Of a DNA stretch of 64,000 bases, positions 1-10,269 are shown one piece after another. Position numbers and translations under genes: made by a program. Position 1 is the stretch's first letter, and the number at the start of each line of letters is the position of its first letter. Source of the DNA: Eledone cirrhosa (Eukaryota); assembly GCA_964016885.1 (NCBI GenBank), contig OZ024741.1, forward strand, positions 97,340,001-97,404,000, read 5' to 3'. The notes below the pieces were generated by a model. It saw only the letters and a program-made list of their open reading frames with translations. It ran no database searches and was not told where the DNA came from.

Positions 1-190
1 TGGCAAGGTTTGAAAAGAAAAGAAATTGTCATCCCTTGAATCGCAAGAATGTTTTGCAAATTTTGAAGGTGCCAGCTATCGCAGCCATTTGTAGACTATG
101 AATTAGGGAGATGCGCACTTTGTCCGCAAATGCAAGTTCAGTTATACATTGGTCCAAGCGGGTTGGTATATAACCCGTAGCTCCAATAAT
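1..190 (-). mobile_element. Duplicate 3' fragment of R4/Dong-like RLE non-LTR retrotransposon
   Basis: Near-identical to 262-451; minus strand encodes the RLE C-terminus (IIGATGYIPTRLDQ...KICKTFLRFKG*). Confidence 0.75.
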
Positions 191-191
191 G

Positions 192-1510
192 ATGTATGTA
201 TGTATGTGTTATCTCTTTCTCTTAATTTCGAGAATATTTCTTTGACCGGCCACCTTCCTGGTGGCAAGGTTGTAAAAGAAAAGAAATTGTCATCCCTTGA
301 ATCGCAAGAATGTTTTGCAAATTTTGAAGGTGCCAGCTATCGCAGCCATTTGTAGACTATGAATTAGGGAGATGCGTTCTTTGTCCGCAAATCCAAGTTC
401 AGTCATACTTTGGTCCAAGCGGGTTGGTATATAACCCGTAGCTCCAATAATAATGGGAATGAAGCTAGAGGTTTATCTTGGATACTGGATTTGTAAACTC
501 CTCATCAATTGTCCGTAGATGTCCTCCTTCTCCTCTATTTTTCTGACAACGTTTACATCAAGTGGGCAGCTTATCTCCACAACAGAACACGTTTTCAACG
601 TGTGGTCTCAAACAACAATATCAGGCCGGTTGTGCTTTAATTTGGTGGCAGTTTTTATTTTCAGGTTCCACCAGTATTCCTTAGTGCCATCTGTCTCAAT
701 ATATTCTTCCTCGTTTGTTGTTAATTTTGTTTTCGAAGTGCGTTCCAGATGGTTCTAGCTATCCCATCGTGTCTCATGGGGAGGTAGTAGCGAGATGACG
801 TTCTTTCGCAGCTGGCAACAATGTGGCTTACATCCTCGATCTTTGTTTTACATAGCCTACATTTATTGTCAGCTGATGGCCCTCCCCTTTTGTGCAGCAG
901 ATATTTGGTAGGGTGATTTGTTCCTGTAATGCATAGAGATATCCCTCAAGGTGTTTGTCATAAACTTGTCGGAACTCCATGCCAGGCTTTTTGAGTGGTT
1001 TATCCCCTCTATGGTCTGTGTTTTACGTCTCAAGTATCCATGCACACCTTTTTCTGTAAATAGGTCAATTTTTTTAAAATCTTGTTTGAACATTTAATAG
1101 GATCTTCCGATTTCTCTGGGTGAGAGATTTATATCAGGCTTTATTCTATATCTCTCCTCCAGATCAGTGGCTATTCTAATGATATTTTTTTTTCATGCTC
1201 ATAAACCTGGGCAAGATGGTTGCCAACCGTTTTCCTCTGTTGAAGATGTTGCTTCAGTGTTACTATCCGGGTCTGGGTTTTTGACCCCCGCCACCTTCCT
1301 TGCGTGAGAAGTATAGGCTATCCACATCACCATTGATGTTAAAGCTTCCAGTAACACTGATACGTTTGCGAGTTCTAACATCCATCTCACTTAGTTCTTG
1401 CAATGACCAGTTCAGGAGGCCAAATGCTGGCGTTAGAATTGGCACAGCATAAGTATTGTGGGCAATTGTTGTACGCTGACAGTTCTGATGACCATATTTT
1501 GCCTTTACTC
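192..1510 (-). mobile_element. 5'-truncated, frameshifted R4/Dong-like non-LTR retrotransposon (RT thumb, CCHC knuckle, restriction-like endonuclease)
   Basis: Minus-strand motifs DVDSLYFSRKEGG, CRLC...HIVASC...RHD, HNRPDIVVW...VVEISCP; (ACAT)n tract at the 3' end (192-206). Confidence 0.85.
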
Positions 1511-1786
1511 ACTATAAAAGTTTCACGGCACAGGCATTGCTTTATATCTGGAGATCTCTCTGCACTTGTCGTCACATGGTACCATGGGCCCAGCACTATG
1601 TGTCAATAATTGTCACAAGTGTAGTGTTTGTACCAGAGTTTTCAAGTCGCTGGTTGAACTAAAAAGTCACACTTGTTCAGCGCATCGGTAGGGGTTCTCC
1701 TATATGGAGATAAAGTAGTGGCCGTAATCAAAAACGAGTTGGCAGCCACCATGTATGTATGTATGTATGTATGTATGTATGTATGT
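1500..1786 (+). mobile_element. 5'-truncated copy of non-autonomous RTE-derived element with (ATGT)n tail
   Basis: Matches 2142-2400 and the reverse complement of 16392-16640. Confidence 0.8.
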
Positions 1787-2402
1787 CAGGTCACCACTTG
1801 GTGCTACTGGTGACATGTATTCCAGTACAACCTGTCCCATGGTCGGGTCATTGGCGACTAAACTGGCAACCCCACCAAGGTTTCTTGGTGAGGAGGGTGA
1901 CTTTGGACATCCTGCAGGACTAAAAACAAAACCTGTCAAAGAGCAAAGGAGCTCTTAAGAGTCAATGGCCATCCAAAATCACCGGGAGAGATGACCCCTT
2001 AGCCTTTGTCAAGGCAGAATTCTAGGAGAAGGAAAACTCTGATATAACACCTGCAACCCTGATGGTATCCAATGATGTTGACTTGTTCTTCTTTTTGGTA
2101 AATATCATCTTGGTTAAGAGGGTGGGACTGGCATCGTGCAGTGCCTTTGCTCACTATAAAAGCTTCACGGCACAGGCATTGCTTTATATCTGGAGATCTC
2201 TCTGCACTTGTCGTCACATGGTACCATGGGCCCAGCACTGTGTCAATAATTGTCACAAGTGTAGTGTTTGTACCAGAGTTTTCAAGTCGCTGGCTGGACT
2301 AAAAAGTCACACTCGTCAGCGCATCGGTAGGCGTTCTACTACATGGATATAAAGTAGTGGCCGTACTCGAAAACGAGTTGGCAGCCACCATGTATGTATG
2401 TA
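1787..2402 (+). mobile_element. Full ~600-bp non-autonomous RTE-derived retroelement (RTE-like 5' UTR joined to RTE 3' end)
   Basis: Same termini as 16392-16997; ends in a C2H2 remnant CSVCTRVFKSLAGLKSH, hairpin ACTCG-AAAA-CGAGT and (ATGT)n; no RT. Confidence 0.75.
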
Positions 2403-3039
2403 TACATGTATGTATTCAGGTAGGTAGGTATAAACATGCTCATAAATATAAATATACAAAATGTGTATATACATGCATATAAGAAAGAGTGTGTTTTTGT
2501 GCGCAAATGTGACTGTGTATGTTGATGTGTGTGTTTGTGTTAACAATAAGTGGGGATAAGCGTTAAATACGCTTTGTATGAAATAATTCTTGTAAGGGTT
2601 TTAGTAAAATTCAAACGTCAGCATTAAAAAATGTTTTCCATTACTTAACTATTCTGTTTAATATAACCCTGACGCCGTCGCTCTGATTACCTGTAATATT
2701 CTTCATATTTTTATTCAGTTTAAATACTCGGCTGTAAATGGTGAGAACGTTAACATTATTTTAAGAACAATAACTTAAATTAAAAATGTAAAAATACTTT
2801 CATACCTGTCAGAATTATTCATTTGCCTATCACATCAAATATGTAATACTAAAAGGGAATTAGTTCAGAATAAATAAACAGCGAAACACTTTCATTCCAT
2901 GAAGTTCCGTGAAATTGCCGATTATCAACAACATTTTACCGATTCAGAATAACAATTTAAAAGTAAAGTCAGCCTCTCAATTTAAGATGATCACATTTAA
3001 GTATGCAAAAGAATTATAACTGTTGTAAGAAAGCAGTTT

Positions 3040-4070
3040 GTTGCGTCATTATTTTAATGGTTTTCGCTGTGGACGCAAGTCAAACGACCAAATATTCACA
3101 CTGTTAAGGTTCCCCAAGAAATTGTGGGAGTATAGCCAAGAGGTATATATTCGATTCATAGACATCGAATTGACATATGGCAATGTTCCTTCAGACGTGT
3201 TATAGAAGATTCTGCAGGAGTATGCGGTCGAAGGAGAGCTTCTCATTGCACTAAAGTCTTTACGAATGATTTAGTATGTGTGTACTAAAGCGAAACCATT
3301 CAATGTGGGTATCGGACTTCAACATGTCTGCGTATTACCAACACTGCTGTTCATAATTGTGAAAAGGATTAACAAATGTAGCGGGGTTTGAAAAGTTATC
3401 ACGATTGGTTGATGTAGGATCTGTCGCCAGGAATTTGGAGATGACATGGTACGACTTAATGCGATCCCCAACCTGCACTTAACCAATTTGTTGCTGTGTA
3501 CTGCGTGTCAGGAATGAAAATCAGTGCTGCGAAAACAGAGACTCTCTTCATCTCAAGTAAGCCTAGGCAGTTCACTCTAAATATGTGTGGAGTTAATCTG
3601 ACGCAGGTGGAGAAGTTCAAGTATCTATGGGCGGTTTCAGAAGTTCTGAATGGCCGGGGGTTTAAATAAGTGCTTGAATTGCAGGAGCCGGTGCATTAAT
3701 GCGCAGGTTTCAGCAATCGGTCATCAGAAGAAAGGAAGTAGTTTTAAAAGCCCAAATGACAATATTCAATTTAGTTTTCTTGCTAGCACTTGAATATGTA
3801 CAAGAATCTTGCTTAATGACCGAAATAATTGTTTCTACTTTAGGCACAAGGCCAGCAATTACCCAGTGCATTACTGGTACTTAATGACCGAAATAATACA
3901 GGCCAAATGGGGTTCAACCGATGAGTCTTTGTGTAACGTCATTCGATATCGTGCGAACAAAGCTCGAAGACAAATGAGTTGCTGCAGGTAGGAATGCTAA
4001 TTCTCCCAATTGAGAAATCACAGGTCCGATAATAACATGATGTGATCAGAATGCCAGTTCTCGGTCTGAT
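3040..4070 (+). pseudogene. Heavily decayed RTE-clade reverse transcriptase
   Basis: GFRCGRKSNDQIFTL...LWEY...VYIRFIDIE and QVEKFKYL motifs interrupted by stops and frameshifts. Confidence 0.7.
3830..3879 (-). mobile_element. 50-bp 3' stub of the tRNA-derived SINE with 18-bp TSD
   Basis: Matches the SINE 3' end; CTTAATGACCGAAATAAT at 3812-3829 and 3880-3897. Confidence 0.85.
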
Positions 4071-4139
4071 ATCAGCAGTACTTCATTATCCCTTTTTAAA
4101 TTGCTACGGAAGAGCAAATACGAGGGAAATTTTAATTCA

Positions 4140-4845
4140 GACGTATGTCGTTTGAATTGGCAAATCAATGTCTTTCCACCTACTGCTTGTCATTTCTCCG
4201 TTGAGGCTCATCTCTTAAACTCTGTTTTGCTTTGCATCGTTCCCTTTCCCAGGCTATTAATGCTGCGGCTTTGTAGAAGTCTTTCGTCCCTACTCATCAG
4301 CTCGTTTTAACCTCGGTACTCCTTATCGTGCTTTCTTTAAAACATATCAGCCCCCTACATCTAACCGTGATTTGTACCTGCTTTTTCCCATTGTATACTC
4401 ACATATACAGATCCGGCCTCCCTGACTCCGCACGCCCCCTCACCCCACCCCCCCTCTGACCCATCTCCATACACACGCACACACACACACTGACGTACAC
4501 CCCGCCACATGTACACACTAGTTTCACAATTATCCGAACATGTGACCTCGTTCTTCCACAAACTCTCACACTCACATCCATACACACACACGTACACCTA
4601 CCCACATACACACCACCTTCCGCCTTCCCCGCTCGGACCCCTCGTCTTCCTCTCCTCTCCGCCAACTCCATCCAACTCCATCCAACCACCCCCACCCGCA
4701 CGCCTCACACCCTTTTACCACTTGTTTCATTTTAATGTCTTTACCCTCTTTTAAATCCCCCTTTTAATGTCTTTCCACCACTCCCCCTTACACCGTCGGG
4801 ATTCTATTCCTACCTCCTTTTCTCCTGATGAAGGGCCCGAAACCT
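4140..4845 (+). mobile_element. Probable Penelope-like 3' remnant with truncated hammerhead core
   Basis: Weak GIY-YIG C-terminal-like peptide (TACHFSVEAH), C/A-rich tract, then CTGATGA-agggccc-GAAAC at ~4826-4844 lacking stems III and I. Confidence 0.4.
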
Positions 4846-4869
4846 GCCCCACACTCTTGTACTGCACTC

Positions 4870-5595
4870 TTCGCTATTGAATATGCAAATCAGGCCGATC
4901 AGTCACTGTGCATTTTTGAAAATAGCATATATTTTAACTAGCTCTGACAGTTTGGCAAGTGAACAGTGAACTGTACTGATGAAGGGTGATACCCAGAAAC
5001 ATTAGTGTCTGCAGTTCTGTTCCTATGCCAACATAAGACCAAGAACGAGGTGTTCATTCTACTAACATTGCTATGAAATTGAGGTTTGTTTGCATAATTG
5101 CAAACGAATCGAATGTTATTAATATGCGAAAAACTCAGATAACATTTATTGTATTCAGCCATGTAGAGCGAAAACATTTTCTTTTTTATTTGAATTTGGC
5201 AAAGCCGGCCATTTATCGCTCGTATACACGAAACTAACTGGCCAGTCTGCTGATATGCAAATCTGGCTGATCAGTGGATCTGCTAATATGCAGATCTGAC
5301 TGATCAGCCAGTCTGCTATTATGCAAATCAGGCCGATCAGTCACTGTGTATTTTAGAAAATAGCATATATTTTCACTAGCTCTGACAGATTGGCAGGTGA
5401 ACAGTGAGCTGTACTGATAAAGGGTGATACCTAGAAACATTAGTGTTATGCAGTTCTGTTCACATGCCAACACAAGAGCAAGAATGAAGAGTTCATTCTA
5501 CTGACATGGCTATAAAATTGAGGTTTGTGTGCATAGTTGCAAACGAATCGAATAATATTATTAATATTCGAAAAACTCAGTTTACATTTATTGTA
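4870..5595 (+). mobile_element. Family B: diverged tandem dimer (~440-bp period) of an HHR-containing non-coding element
   Basis: 4881-5155 repeats at 5320-5595; third copy at 36680-37175; internal ~31-bp subrepeats with ATGCAAAT. Confidence 0.75.
4968..5017 (+). ncRNA. Type I hammerhead ribozyme (family B)
   Basis: gaactgta-CTGATGA-a-gggt/gat/accc-a-GAAA-cattagtg-TC-tgcagttc: intact core, stems I-III, GUC site. Confidence 0.85.
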
Positions 5596-5878
5596 TATAT
5601 ATATAGATATATATATACATATATATATATAAAATTTATTATAGTATGCATGTATACGTACATACATATATGTATACAGACGTACAGTAGCATGCACATA
5701 TATATATATATATACATATATACATACATGTGCATACAGGTACACATACATATATGCACGTATCAGTTTAGCGGCGCCAACGTCGCTTTGTTCGTTTGTA
5801 AACAAACTGAACAGCCTGAATTTATGCCATACGGTGTTAAGGCAACCACGTCACCTTTTTGTTCAACACTGACACAGG

Positions 5879-5923
5879 AACGATGTACTAGTTTCAAGCT
5901 TGTTAGCTATCATCAGCACCGTT
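5879..5923 (-). ncRNA. Type I hammerhead ribozyme (family A, inverted copy)
   Basis: Reverse complement of the motif at 6071-6115. Confidence 0.85.
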
Positions 5924-6070
5924 TACCCATCTGCCAGATAGTTGAACGTTCGAAAGTATATACTTTCCTTATGAAAATTAACGGCTGAGCAGCCTAATTT
6001 GCATATTGAGTGAGTTAAATCGGTCAGGCATACCGAACGTTCGAACGTTCAACTATCTGGCAGATGGGTA

Positions 6071-6115
6071 AACGGTGCTGATGATAGCTAACAAGCTTGA
6101 AACTAGTACATCGTT
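6071..6115 (+). ncRNA. Type I hammerhead ribozyme (family A)
   Basis: aacggtg-CTGATGA-t-agct/aaca/agct-t-GAAA-ctag-TA-catcgtt; palindromic stem III, GUA site. Confidence 0.88.
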
Positions 6116-6534
6116 CCTGTGTCAGTGTTGAACAAAAAGGTGACGTGGTTGCCTTAACACCGTATGGCATAAATTCAGGCTGTTCAGTTTGGTTACAAAC
6201 GAACAAAGCGACGTTGGCGCTGCTAAACTGATACGTGCATATATGTATGTGTACCTGTACGCACATGTATGTATATATGTATATATATATATATGTGCAT
6301 GCTACTGTACGTCTGTATACATATATGTATGTACGTATACATGCATACTTACATTTAAGTAAGTGCCATACTAAGAGTGAGAAATGAAATTTCATTTTCA
6401 TTTTGTTTCAATTTATCGTTTTCGGTATGCCTGACCGATTTAACTCACTCAATATGCAAATTAGGCTGCTCAGCCGTTAATTTTCATAAGGAAAGTATAT
6501 ACTTTCGAACGTTCAACTATCTGGCAGATGGGTA

Positions 6535-6579
6535 AACGGTGCTGATGATAGCTAACAAGCTTGAAACTAGTACATCGTT
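6535..6579 (+). ncRNA. Type I hammerhead ribozyme (family A)
   Basis: Identical to 6071-6115. Confidence 0.88.
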
Positions 6580-7000
6580 CCTGTGTCAGTGTTGAACAAA
6601 AAGGTGACGTGGTTGCCTTAACACCGTATGGCATAAATTCAGGCTGTTCAGTTTGTTTACAAACGAACAAAGCGACGTTGGCGCCGCTAAACTGATACGT
6701 GCATATATGTATGTGTACCTGTATGCACATGTATGTATATATGTATATATATATATATATGTGCATGCTACTGTACGTCTGTATACATATATGTATGTAC
6801 GTATACATGCATACTTACATTTAAGTAAGTGCCATACTAAGAGTGAGAAATGAAATTTCATATTCATTTTGTTTCAATTTATCGTTTTCGGTATGCCTGA
6901 CCGATTTAACTCACTCAATATGCAAATTAGGCTGCTCAGCCGTTAATTTTCATAAGGAAAGTATATACTTTCGAACGTTCAACTATCTGGCAGATGGGTA

Positions 7001-7045
7001 AACGGTGCTGATGATAGCTAACAAGCTTGAAACTAGTACATCGTT
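7001..7045 (+). ncRNA. Type I hammerhead ribozyme (family A)
   Basis: Identical to 6071-6115. Confidence 0.88.
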
Positions 7046-7466
7046 CCTGTGTCACTGTTGAACAAAAAGGTGACGTGGTTGCCTTAACACCGTATGGCAT
7101 AAATTCAGGCTGTTCAGTTTGTTTACAAACGAACAAAGCGACGTTGGCGCCGCTAAACTGATACGTGCATATATGTATGTGTACCTGTATGCACATGTAT
7201 GTATATATGTATATATATATATATATGTGCATGCTACTGTACGTCTGTATACATATATGTATGTACGTATACATGCATACTTACATTTAAGTAAGTGCCA
7301 TACTAAGAGTGAGAAATGAAATTTCATTTTCATTTTGTTTCAATTTATCGTTTTCGGTATGCCTGACCGATTTAACTCACTCAATATGCAAATTAGGCTG
7401 CTCAGCCGTTAATTTTCATAAGGAAAGTATATACTTTCGAACGTTCAACTATCTGGCAGATGGGTA

Positions 7467-7511
7467 AACGGTGCTGATGATAGCTAACAAGCTTGAAACT
7501 AGTACATCGTT
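7467..7511 (+). ncRNA. Type I hammerhead ribozyme (family A)
   Basis: Identical to 6071-6115. Confidence 0.88.
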
Positions 7512-7843
7512 CCTGTGTCACTGTTGAACAAAAAGGTGACGTGGTTGCCTTAACACCGTATGGCATAAATTCAGGCTGTTCAGTTTGTTTACAAACGAAC
7601 AAAGCGACGTTGGTGCCGCTAAACTGATACGTGCATATATGTATGTGTACCTGTATGCACATGTATGTATATATGTATATATATATATATATGTGCATGC
7701 TACTGTACGTCTGTATACATATATGTATGTACGTATACATGCATACTTACATTTAAGTAAGTGCCATACTAAGAGTGAGAAATGAAATTTCATTTTCATT
7801 TTGTTTCAATTTAAATTTATTATATATATATATATATATATTA

Positions 7844-7874
<31 letters not shown>

Positions 7875-7984
7875 TTATTACAAATTAATATTACATATAT
7901 ATAAATATTACATGTATTATATATATATATATATATATATTTGGTTTGCAATGTTTTTAATATGAAATCGTGTGTCGATACAAA

Positions 7985-8100
7985 TATTGTTATACATGGG
8001 GAGGGTCATACCGTTGTAATAATATTGCCAGAAATAATAACAGAACACGCTCACTTGTAGATGGTTTTTGCTTGTCTATCTTTTATACTTAATTCATCTG
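7985..8100 (-). mobile_element. 3'-terminal stub of Penelope-like family D
   Basis: ATTGTTATAC.TGGGAGGGTCAT terminus shared with 20862-20920, 21692, 23093 and 38249. Confidence 0.7.
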
Positions 8101-8117
8101 GCAATCAACGTTTATCG

Positions 8118-8222
8118 GATATTCTGAAGATCCCGTTAAGGGTGAAAGCAGCGATTCGTTGTTTAAACTTTAATCTGTTATTTAATATATATATATCCTT
8201 ATCAAGACCTCTTTATTATTAT

Positions 8223-8226
<4 letters not shown>
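8118..8226 (+). mobile_element. Family E fragment with hammerhead core
   Basis: CTGAAGA-tcccgttaagggt-GAAA-gcagcgattcgttg; shared with 37745-38195 and 58455-58637. Confidence 0.6.
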
Positions 8227-8260
<34 letters not shown>

Positions 8261-8452
8261 AAACGTGATAGCGTTTAAGGTTATCTACGGTTTAAGGTTA
8301 TCTACGGTAAGGTTACGAGTAATCTGTACCGTAGAGTACTTCAACGTGCGGCGTTGAGTGACTCAACTAGATGTTTACTTTCAGAGGATTCATTCCGGAA
8401 AGTTCTGTTGTTAGTGGAGGCTGGACTTGTGTAAATACTTGAAAGGTTTATT

Positions 8453-8509
8453 ATACTATGATCATTTCAATGACCGGGTTCCGTATGAAACGGTCATATC
8501 ATCAGGTAT
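8453..8509 (-). ncRNA. Type I hammerhead ribozyme in a pLTR-like segment (family C, ~8260-8617)
   Basis: Minus strand: atac-CTGATGA-t-atgaccg..cggtcat-t-GAAA-tgatca-TA-gtat followed by AATAAA. Confidence 0.85.
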
Positions 8510-8635
8510 TCGAAATATAACAAAGGAATATAACAGACAAAATTCATGGGGCTGTAAATCATAAACAAGAGGACGACCGATGATCTAGCATCTTCTACCT
8601 TAGTCGGTCGCCCTCAAATATATATATGTATATAA

Positions 8636-9183
8636 GGGGTACCCTGCCTCACTCACAAACAGAATAAGAGACACCAGACGCAAGAAGCAGAGAAACACCC
8701 AAGGCAAGTGCTTCCTTAAAATACCACACCTGGGCGAGAATACCACCAACGCTATCCGCAGGGCTATACGGAGGAAGGGCCTCGACATCTACCTGGCCCA
8801 CTCCCTGCGAAGATGCCCTCCAGGAAACCCGGGAAATTGACTGACGCGTGCTCCCTCAGAAACTGCCCGATGCGCCATAGGAACTGTTGCTTACGCACAC
8901 ACGTTGTGTATAATGTAGAATATAACAAGTGCAACCACTACTATATAAGTAGCAAAATCCGGACGCTACACATCCGGATAAAGGAGCACATCAACACCAG
9001 GACCTCGTCTTTCCAGAAATACATAACCAAATGCGGAAACAAAGACGGAAGGCCCGTGTCTCAGTGCTAACGACGGAACGAAACGTCGGTACATTACGAA
9101 TCAAGGAAGCACTTTGTATCAAACGCCTAGGGCCACAAATAAATAACCGATCCGAGAGAAGCGAAATGAGGTGGTTGGTTTAA
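8636..9183 (+). pseudogene. Penelope-like element GIY-YIG endonuclease remnant
   Basis: VVYNVEYNKCNHYYISSKIRTLHIRIKEH and LRIKEALCIKRLGPQINNR motifs, frameshifted. Confidence 0.85.
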
Positions 9184-9791
9184 ACAAACGAGACAACAGC
9201 ACACACACACACACAAGCGAGACAACAACACACACACTGTAGCATTCACCAAACAGGCAGGGAATACTACCACCACAGGAATACACTATTCAACACTGCG
9301 AATACAGAAACCAGCACAGGCAGATGATACAATGGTTTGACAGCTAACGCCACCCCACTCCCACAATTAAAAGAACTATTTCGGCCGCCGACCTCTGCTT
9401 GACCGACCCCATTTTGCGCGCTCGCGCTCTGCTGAATACCTCAGTTATTTAAAACAACGAACAGAAGAGGACACGTATCGATCCTATCCGACAGATACCC
9501 CCCCCACCCTCGGAAAAAAACCCAGTTGAGGGACAATTAAATCTCTCCCAAGGTAACTCTATCTCGTGTTATTTTTATTTTTTACGTTCTTTCCTACGTT
9601 ATACACACTATACATCTCATTCTACATTCACTTACATCTCTCTTTCCACCACCGGATCTTGTTACCCAGAGAATTACCCATCTGCATTTTTGAGGCTTCC
9701 AAAACGACCTAAAGAAAATATATCTTATTATTCCACAATGCTTCAAGCAAACTTCATTAATCTCTTATATATATATATTACTTATATATAT

Positions 9792-10260
9792 ATAACAAAG
9801 AAAGTGTGGTAAGGAACCAGGTGGACCATAAAGTACTACAGTACTCGATACTTAAGGTAGTAGAGTGGAAATAGGAAAAGAGTGAGGACCCCGACGGCTG
9901 AGGTCCGATCGTTTCAACAGCTAGATCCGAACTAAACCAGTAGTATTAGGACGGTAGGGATCTAGCTGAACTTATCATGGGGTACAATCCAAATATGAGT
10001 ATGCAATCAAAACACAATAGAAGTATCACATCGAACAATCCTAATAATTGCTGTTTTTCTTTTTTCACACAGGGAGCGCTCAATGATTTGGAGATATCAT
10101 ATACATAGTTAAATTCCTTCATAGGGGAGGGGGATCGAAACTTGCCTGTAGAACAAAGGAGAATGAGTAAGATGACACCCTGACCTGTGGATGCCAGGCC
10201 GGTCATGCGTTCAGAGAGAATTCTTTACAGCTATCTCTAAGGGGTTAAAAACATGACAAA
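9792..10260 (-). mobile_element. Family F TA-anchored repeat with a degenerate hammerhead-like fold
   Basis: Shares its terminus with 58076-58240; 11-bp stem cagctagatcc/ggatctagctg followed by GAAA-cgatcg on the minus strand; CUGA box decayed. Confidence 0.5.
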
Positions 10261-10269
10261 CTCGGGTCA

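Larger units (their letters stand above)
5646..7811. repeat. Family A: 466-bp HHR-containing tandem array with an inverted first copy
   Basis: Units 6414-6879, 6880-7345, 7346-7811; partial unit ~6040-6413; inverted copy 5646-6036; (TA)n on both flanks. Confidence 0.95.

Noticed and set aside
5240-5345. CRISPR-like regular short repeats
   Set aside because: Degenerate tandem minisatellite without unique spacers; eukaryotic context and no cas genes.
5506-7799. Repeated 93-160 aa ORFs in the tandem array
   Set aside because: They start in microsatellite, are antisense to the ribozyme, have no domain, and the frame is not preserved in the solo copy.
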